Position numbers and translations under genes: made by a program. A model generated the notes under the pieces. That model was not told the origin of the DNA. It searched no databases and saw nothing but the letters and a program-made list of their open reading frames with translations. Below are positions 61,201-64,000 of a stretch of 64,000 nt of DNA, one piece after another; within the stretch, counting starts at the first letter, position 1; the number at the start of each line of letters is the position of its first letter. The stretch comes from Aureliella sp. (lineage in GTDB: Bacteria > Planctomycetota > Planctomycetia > Pirellulales > Pirellulaceae), in NCBI GenBank assembly GCA_963691875.1, contig OY829846.1, forward strand, positions 4,416,001 to 4,480,000, read 5' to 3'.

Positions 61201-61730
61201 TGAGTCGTTGTCAGCGAAGAGTCTGATGCTGCAACATGAGTATCGAAGAGGTGAATACCGTAGCTTTCACGACCTTCTCGGAACTGAGAAGGCTGCCAGT
61301 CGACTGGATCGTCAGCACCTGAGCTTGGCGCACCGCTCTCTCTAGCGGCAGCTATCCAACCGACAGTCGTTTCGGCACTTGTAGAAGATGGTACTGCCGA
61401 TCGTGTTGCCGCAATAAGCAGCTGCGGCTGTTCTGGGGCACCAAAACATATATTGAACGAACTATCGGTTGAACTCTCGGTGAGCGCATAAGTTCCACCT
61501 GGGCGAAGCTCACTACGGAACTCGATGTCGAGTTCACTTAGAAAGTTTGCTTCGGGCAAATTGTTGCCGACCCGAATAGCCTCAATCGTCGATAACGCCC
61601 CATGGATAATCGTTCCGCCGAATGCCGACTTCTTCGCAGCTTCCTGGTCAACGTGAATCGGATTTCTATCTCCGCTCCAACGAGCGAAATCCAATACCTC
61701 TTGCTGCGAGATTGCTAGTTCTAGGGCCAT
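52248..61730 (-). CDS. single-module type I PKS: MaoC-type DH - SDR/KR - FkbH - ACP - KS - AT - KR - ACP - ACP - GNAT
   Basis: DH SGDRNPIH; SDR GASRGLG and YISVK; FkbH LDCDNTLW, DDNPVE, RTNQFN, SCRVLGRGVE; ACPs GCDSL, GLDSL, GLDSL; KS DTACSSS, HGTGT, GHLE; AT GHSIG, HAFH; KR GGLGGLG, YAAAN; C-terminal GNAT-like HRSHGVG. Confidence 0.92.
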   Translation of the reverse strand: MALELAISQQEVLDFARWSGDRNPIHVDQEAAKKSAFGGTIIHGALSTIEAIRVGNNLPEANFLSELDIEFRSELRPGGTYALTESSTDSSFNICFGAPEQPQLLIAATRSAVPSSTSAETTVGWIAAARESGAPSSGADDPVDWQPSQFREGRESYGIHLFDTHVAASDSSLTTTQEQVLALCSFIVGMKVPGLSSLFTKLRIEFGSVAAQTEFSDRLAYRLVPQSYDPHFRILETRLEIATLDGQPVANATMQSYVRFRQSTAEPSTYSGHVSQDFSEKVALVCGASRGLGAEIAAALGAAKCHVYLACRNPNEAVQALAESIQEHGGNAEILAGDVGNAQWCSDTKEMLHEKHGKLDYLVLNACAPPIPAELQSNTAAASIEYIAQNIALAQTPLITFLPLIASSEGNVVGISSSFVKETPAGFSDYISVKNALEASLKTAAQEHRATKFIIARPPKLQTTWNDTPTSAMGAIPTQAAALRIVQSIGTASYSNLETIDEFPEDAPQARIQLGDPDLEIVLCSSFTIDPFTDCFKDWSNELDANLAVAQTPYAQILQQALDPSSQLSTSKNGSVILLRVSDWLREMPAEQLEPGNLANWLDETTQEHIHALKTHRSHAASPTLLLLCPSSSTEELTSSQIQQVENELHGELLDVPGLQIQIASKQHKLYAVDEDGIFDALREDIAHIPFQNAYYFFLSTLIVRHFHRRLAAPIKVVVLDCDNTLWTGVVGEVGPEGLQFSSVQHRLHQRLTELAGCGVLICLCSKNEEADVWSAFEAREDFGLDRQTIVAAAINWLPKSQNIRQLAADLNLGLDSFVFLDDNPVECAEVRSGCPEVLTLQWPQDETDAGNLFDHLWELDPHASTAEDKKRTQRYKEEFQRQQSRQSAGSFQEFIDSLELDTDLRELSEEDLPRASQLTMRTNQFNFTTIRRTEAELKELMHDEAFACYTMRVSDRFGDYGLVGFMIGRVDSDALEVDTFLLSCRVLGRGVEHRMASELGKFAKEQSLALVRWKHSPTERNTPARMFLGKICSEELPCSTKTLIREIAAENLSEFKLQVEIEPSKSDAPTESKEPVATKKSESREQGPSPREREQQIAHIRARLASYSDMLAYCGDEGYAGTGVAIPEAEDREQVEQIVVSAFAEKLKLTPEVIQKKDRLDALGCDSLRIVEITIQLTKRFAWLPKTLLFEHRSISDIIEQIANLSSQTSSGHAPTVRATQADATTDIAIVGIDVHCAAGDSTQQLWDLLAEGDSAIRQVPGTRESFVGSLKDDRPHFAGLIDDAAEFDAEFFGISPREAEYLDPQLRLLVQSGWRALEDAGASGLEFDASVGVFVGVMYSGYARFANAIATQTGGVYRCWEGFSLANRLSQIIGASGPSLSIDTACSSSATALHYACNSLRRGDCKVALVGGVNLIIDPNRLAQLGRLGILSPSGTCVPFGDNADGTVLGEGAVTLAIRSLSDAIERGDRIYSVIKGTGISSGAGSVGFTAPNPVAQSVAARAALEDAAVDPRTISYIETHGTGTELGDPIEVRGLEMAYCDAALQDSDLKIQPDCAIGSIKPNVGHLEAGAGLMGVAKAALQLHQKTLVPSITSPAPNPQIPFSQLPFRVQSETSPWEKLAATRSGAVVDTPRRAGVNSFGVGGTNVHVILEEAPNIAAERDTSNEQFTEERSSHVVALSSNTESGLARQEEAWTQFLAADETHAANSCFSANIGRNHHSLRGCVVADYSAGSLQLTPIRQSTKESDQANEFPQLGFLFTGQGAQYPTMLGNLYTTNSVFRQAFDRCAKPLAELLPKPIESVIFSGALDDREHEIHQTGFTQPALFTIQYSLFELWSSWGVRPDVSMGHSIGEVAAYCTAGGCSLEDALRLVAARGQLMQALPSGGAMCSLACTREQAESAIAELRTKVSIAAINGPKQTVVSGAQMQVERLAEHFQKKEVKTTTLSVSHAFHSDLMDPMLDDFAKVLDRLDLGTPTQKIISSATGKEVEEEMSSPEYWLQQARNPVLFLDAMETIDALGINQFVEIGPHPVMLAMGRGCLPDSIAGWLPSARRGQKDWSIISESVGRLYASGVDIDWKEYDKPYQRQRVSVPGYRFAKQRVWIEELEGYSGDSAPLPAKARQANKCYEIEWIEKATSAVADALEELSWLILANNAPTLNRLEGLLASQSIRARFALIETDDHNIQQNSSKYAVCNSQKQLDELVAEGFDRIVFASLSREELSVAESNIQAVKAATQLVQSIIVSESKAKLWLLTENAVPASGTTPDPQSASLWGLSRVGVLEHSDWWGGIVDVEDLPQQIGSCIQEIRFPSNEDQIALRAATRFVPRLVEKELAPNPGDWLQDLDLAEGSILITGGLGGLGLRIAQWLSDLGAQSLVLASRSGQPSETAKKFISSIEESGTTVDIVAADVSTASGVDLCVSTASESIVAVFHAAGIDKVQTLAESTPEDIESILSAKVRGAQLLSDKCDADKLKLVVYFSSISAIWGSIHRASYAAANSFLDALAHAQNSPGLRAISLNFGPWAGGGMADDASLAELERIGNFGLDPHDTLDTMSQLIHAAASQTVIADVDWNQFRPIFESRRPKPLLEKLGGTTPNQHAAKSSSNAEWVELLRSQAVELRSQILEDAIRGEVARLLRISDPSGIDTSKSLFDIGLDSLTSAELTTRLRALAGISGTSKLLRNPSIHGIAEAILPQIQLDREATAPANETSAWGSTLESVDALERKRVLSDLLCKELGEMLRKPTDEHTSQTAPADLGLDSLGSVEFANRVRDQLGLTKAPRVLEYPHLDALADALAGEIPEPEVSEIIGYKSDIEQKLFEFVQRAWPHRRKDWIEPRWKWMYLESAKRINSEPRVWLYRDEEEIVGHHGAQFVRFKMGDQEVSTAWFVETMVQESHRSHGVGTRLVMQSLEDMPLNLSLGQSAEMRAILEKLGWHNVAPLQTYMYPIHPGRVLKGKLPGVLTPVASAWLKLRSNARRWMQANTSPSGTVSEVVEFDEKHDQLWERVASCYGNATVRDASFLNWKYIEQPGQEYRCIDITVDGKLIATAALLFAEPDRAYGYRRAYLVDLVTSTDLSTCHVAIQTVLAYCRDKEAHAVVMHIINTPIQQALENCGFLRREPTRHLLVATGKEKNADLLEPDRWLVTQGDSDIDRPW

Positions 61731-61771
61731 AACTGACTTAGGCGTTCAATTTGAGGCTGTGGGGAATGTGG

Positions 61772-62539
61772 TTAGTTGGACGATTGTCCCAAGCAAAGGA
61801 AGCTTCCATTGAGAAGGTTCTCTTTTGTTAGCAAGAATGGTGCAGGCCCTTGCTGATCAAGTACCTGTCCTCCAGCGGCTTGAACAACTGCTTGCCCAGC
61901 AGCAACGTCCCATTCCATGGTGGGGCCATGGCGGTAATAGATGTCAGCTTTGCCTTCGGCTACCAAGCAGAATTTCAATGAGCTGCCAACGGATATACAA
62001 TCCTTTGCACCGTATTGAGAAAGTACGGCTTCTTCTGCTTCCGATGCGTGAGATTTGCTACGAACCGCTATCCGGTCGCTCTTGTTGTTATTGACGGCAA
62101 TTTTTTTGACTGCACCCTCACCATCTTTCACAAACGCCCCCTGATCAGCTTCTCCATAGTAGGTCTTCGAGATGGCTGGTGCATGGACGACTCCTAGCAC
62201 TGGACGGCGATCTTTGACGAGTGCGATGTTGACAGTGAATTCCCCATTGCGATTGATGAATTCTTTCGTTCCATCTAACGGATCGACGATCCAGTACTCT
62301 CCCCAACTCTTTCTTGTCTCAAAGTCAGCTGCTTCTCCTTCTTCGGACAGAATCGGGATATCGGGAAACTGATGCGATAGTTCGGCGACAATCAGTTCAT
62401 GCGCCCGACGATCGGCCAGAGTCAGCGGTGAATCATCTTCCTTGTAGTCCACACCCAAGTCGTCTGCCCTGTAAACTTCCATTATCTCTTCCCCAGCGCT
62501 GTGGCTTATCTGGACGATCGTCTTGAGCTCGTCGGGCAT
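61772..62539 (-). CDS. cysQ: 3'(2'),5'-bisphosphate nucleotidase
   Basis: KEDDSPLTLAD, LSEEG, WIVDPLDGTKEF, GSSLKFC, PTMEWDVAAG. Confidence 0.92.
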   Translation of the reverse strand: MPDELKTIVQISHSAGEEIMEVYRADDLGVDYKEDDSPLTLADRRAHELIVAELSHQFPDIPILSEEGEAADFETRKSWGEYWIVDPLDGTKEFINRNGEFTVNIALVKDRRPVLGVVHAPAISKTYYGEADQGAFVKDGEGAVKKIAVNNNKSDRIAVRSKSHASEAEEAVLSQYGAKDCISVGSSLKFCLVAEGKADIYYRHGPTMEWDVAAGQAVVQAAGGQVLDQQGPAPFLLTKENLLNGSFLCLGQSSN

Positions 62540-62557
62540 TTGGAATCTTTCTTAGTT

Positions 62558-63547
62558 CTAGGTGTGGGCCTGAGTGAGGTTGGGTGCAATTGCTCTAGCA
62601 GCAGCTGTCAAAAGAGCCGGCTGATACTGGTATTGAATTTTGGCGTATCGAACGATTTCAACTAATCGCGAATACAGATTGTCAAGAGCTGCCGAATCTT
62701 TGGCGTAGGGCGAAACGCCAGGAATAAGCGAGCTACTATGCAGCATCAAAACGAGTGTCGATAGACCATCTGCGTGACAGGCGTCCACAAGACTGATGAG
62801 ATCGTGAAGCTGAGTACCTTCGGGACTCAATTTGACGCGCCGGGCAATGCCAAGGCGGTCAGCAATGCCAGCAGCTCGGATGTAAGTCCAAGGCTTGCTT
62901 CGGAGCTGTCTCCATAACTTGGCCCGCAACCCCAACCCCCTTCGCGTAAATCCTGTGGTGACTGGCAGCTCGACAAGATTTCGTCCACAATCGAAATACC
63001 GAAACGGCAGGCGTGGTTGTTCGAAGAAGTCAGGTCCACCGTCCTGTCGATAGTCGTGCAAAGGTATCACGCTTGAATCTACAGCATAGCCAAGATCTTC
63101 GAGTATCTCGGCTGATGTGCTACTGAAGCCGTAACGACCAGCGCGATAGGCTGTCGGTGCTTGCTCAAGGGAATCGGCAATTCGTTGTGTCAGCCAAGCT
63201 AGCTTGTCGCGTTGAACCTCAGCTGGATGGTTGCATAAATAAGACTCTACTGAGGAGCAGGTCTCCGAGACGATGGGCGGATTACACCATGGGTGACAGT
63301 GAGCTCCTACCTCGCACAATTTGGCGTTCTGCCATCTCTTCAAGTCTGAAACGGCTTGCTCGTCAGTTAGAACAGCAGCATCAATGAGGTAGGTTGGTGG
63401 AGCTTCGAGCTCGTCGCAGGTGGCTTGAAAGCGTTGTAGGCCGCGAAGATTTTTGGTCGAGCAATTCCGTACGGGGTAGTTGCCACCCCAGAGCCCCTCT
63501 TCCTCGGTGTCTACGGTGACAACAATTTGTTTCGGGACTTCGGTCAT
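62558..63547 (-). CDS. polysaccharide deacetylase family protein (WalW-like)
   Basis: VTVDTEEE, EVGAHCHPWCNPP, YRAGRYG, DSS, LHSSSL.PG.SPY. Confidence 0.85.
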   Translation of the reverse strand: MTEVPKQIVVTVDTEEEGLWGGNYPVRNCSTKNLRGLQRFQATCDELEAPPTYLIDAAVLTDEQAVSDLKRWQNAKLCEVGAHCHPWCNPPIVSETCSSVESYLCNHPAEVQRDKLAWLTQRIADSLEQAPTAYRAGRYGFSSTSAEILEDLGYAVDSSVIPLHDYRQDGGPDFFEQPRLPFRYFDCGRNLVELPVTTGFTRRGLGLRAKLWRQLRSKPWTYIRAAGIADRLGIARRVKLSPEGTQLHDLISLVDACHADGLSTLVLMLHSSSLIPGVSPYAKDSAALDNLYSRLVEIVRYAKIQYQYQPALLTAAARAIAPNLTQAHT

Positions 63548-64000
63548 TTTTTTTTGACCAGTATGCATTCGACGATTGATGTTAGAAATTCTCGAGTGAA
63601 ACGATTGTGGAATGCTCGGATCGGATGGATAGGGCGTAGCTTGATTTTCTCAATGCGAAAAGGGCTCTCCGCAACGCACTTTTCGAATCCAGCAATCGTC
63701 ATTCCGTTTAGTCCGCCGTCGACCTCGTTGAACCTATGCGCATCGTCTTCTTTGAAATCGCGTCGCCAGCGGCAAAGCGCTTTTTCCGAGAAAACTAAAT
63801 GTGCCCAAGGGAACATGGAAAAAAGATGTCCGCCGCGGGGATGATACCAAGTCGGTCCAAAGGAAGCGATGACTTTGCCGTCATGGGCTAGCATCTGAGA
63901 CATGCACTCAAGAATGGTTCCAGGGTCTTCAAAGTGTTCGAAAGCATCGATTGATAGAATAGCATCAGCCGAACCATTCTCTAAGTTTTTCACGAATCGA
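63544..64000 (-). CDS. class I SAM-dependent methyltransferase, 5' end beyond the window
   Basis: DAILSIDAFEHFEDP, FGPTWYHPRGGH, FPWAHLVF, GLNGMTI. Confidence 0.8.
   Translation of the reverse strand, partial: RFVKNLENGSADAILSIDAFEHFEDPGTILECMSQMLAHDGKVIASFGPTWYHPRGGHLFSMFPWAHLVFSEKALCRWRRDFKEDDAHRFNEVDGGLNGMTIAGFEKCVAESPFRIEKIKLRPIHPIRAFHNRFTREFLTSIVECILVKKK

Noticed and set aside
32494..64000. Accessory region as a mobile genomic island
   Set aside because: No integrase, transposase, tRNA or flanking direct repeats were recognised, and I could not compute a compositional shift

Overview
Bacterial chromosomal window whose gene content and protein styles point to a planctomycete (Pirellulaceae-like); this is an inference from gene families, not a database result. 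The left half (1-32.5 kb) is mostly core genes: a SMUG1-type uracil-DNA glycosylase, purD, an FdhF/YdeP molybdoenzyme, a cupredoxin-like lipoprotein with a decayed tandem copy, a ThuA-like protein, a Cys-rich repeat protein, an RsmF-like methyltransferase, an MscK-like channel, nadE and a respiratory cluster. In that cluster the fused CcoNO has lost most haem/CuB ligands but stays intact beside ccoP, two dihaem cytochromes c, ctaA, ctaB, sco and a DUF420 gene. The right half (33-64 kb) is an accessory PEP-CTERM/exopolysaccharide region carrying two candidate biosynthetic systems. The first is a 3160-aa single-module cis-AT PKS (DH-KR-FkbH-ACP-KS-AT-KR-ACP-ACP-GNAT), predicted to make a lactate-primed dihydroxy-acyl unit and transfer it, possibly onto a surface glycan. 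The second is a FeeM-type N-acyl amino acid synthase, a nitroreductase-ThiF fusion, a methyltransferase and an RND pump, resembling oxazolone/N-acyl-dehydrotyrosine pathways. Three pseudogenes are evident. I recognised no rRNA, tRNA, CRISPR array or mobile element.
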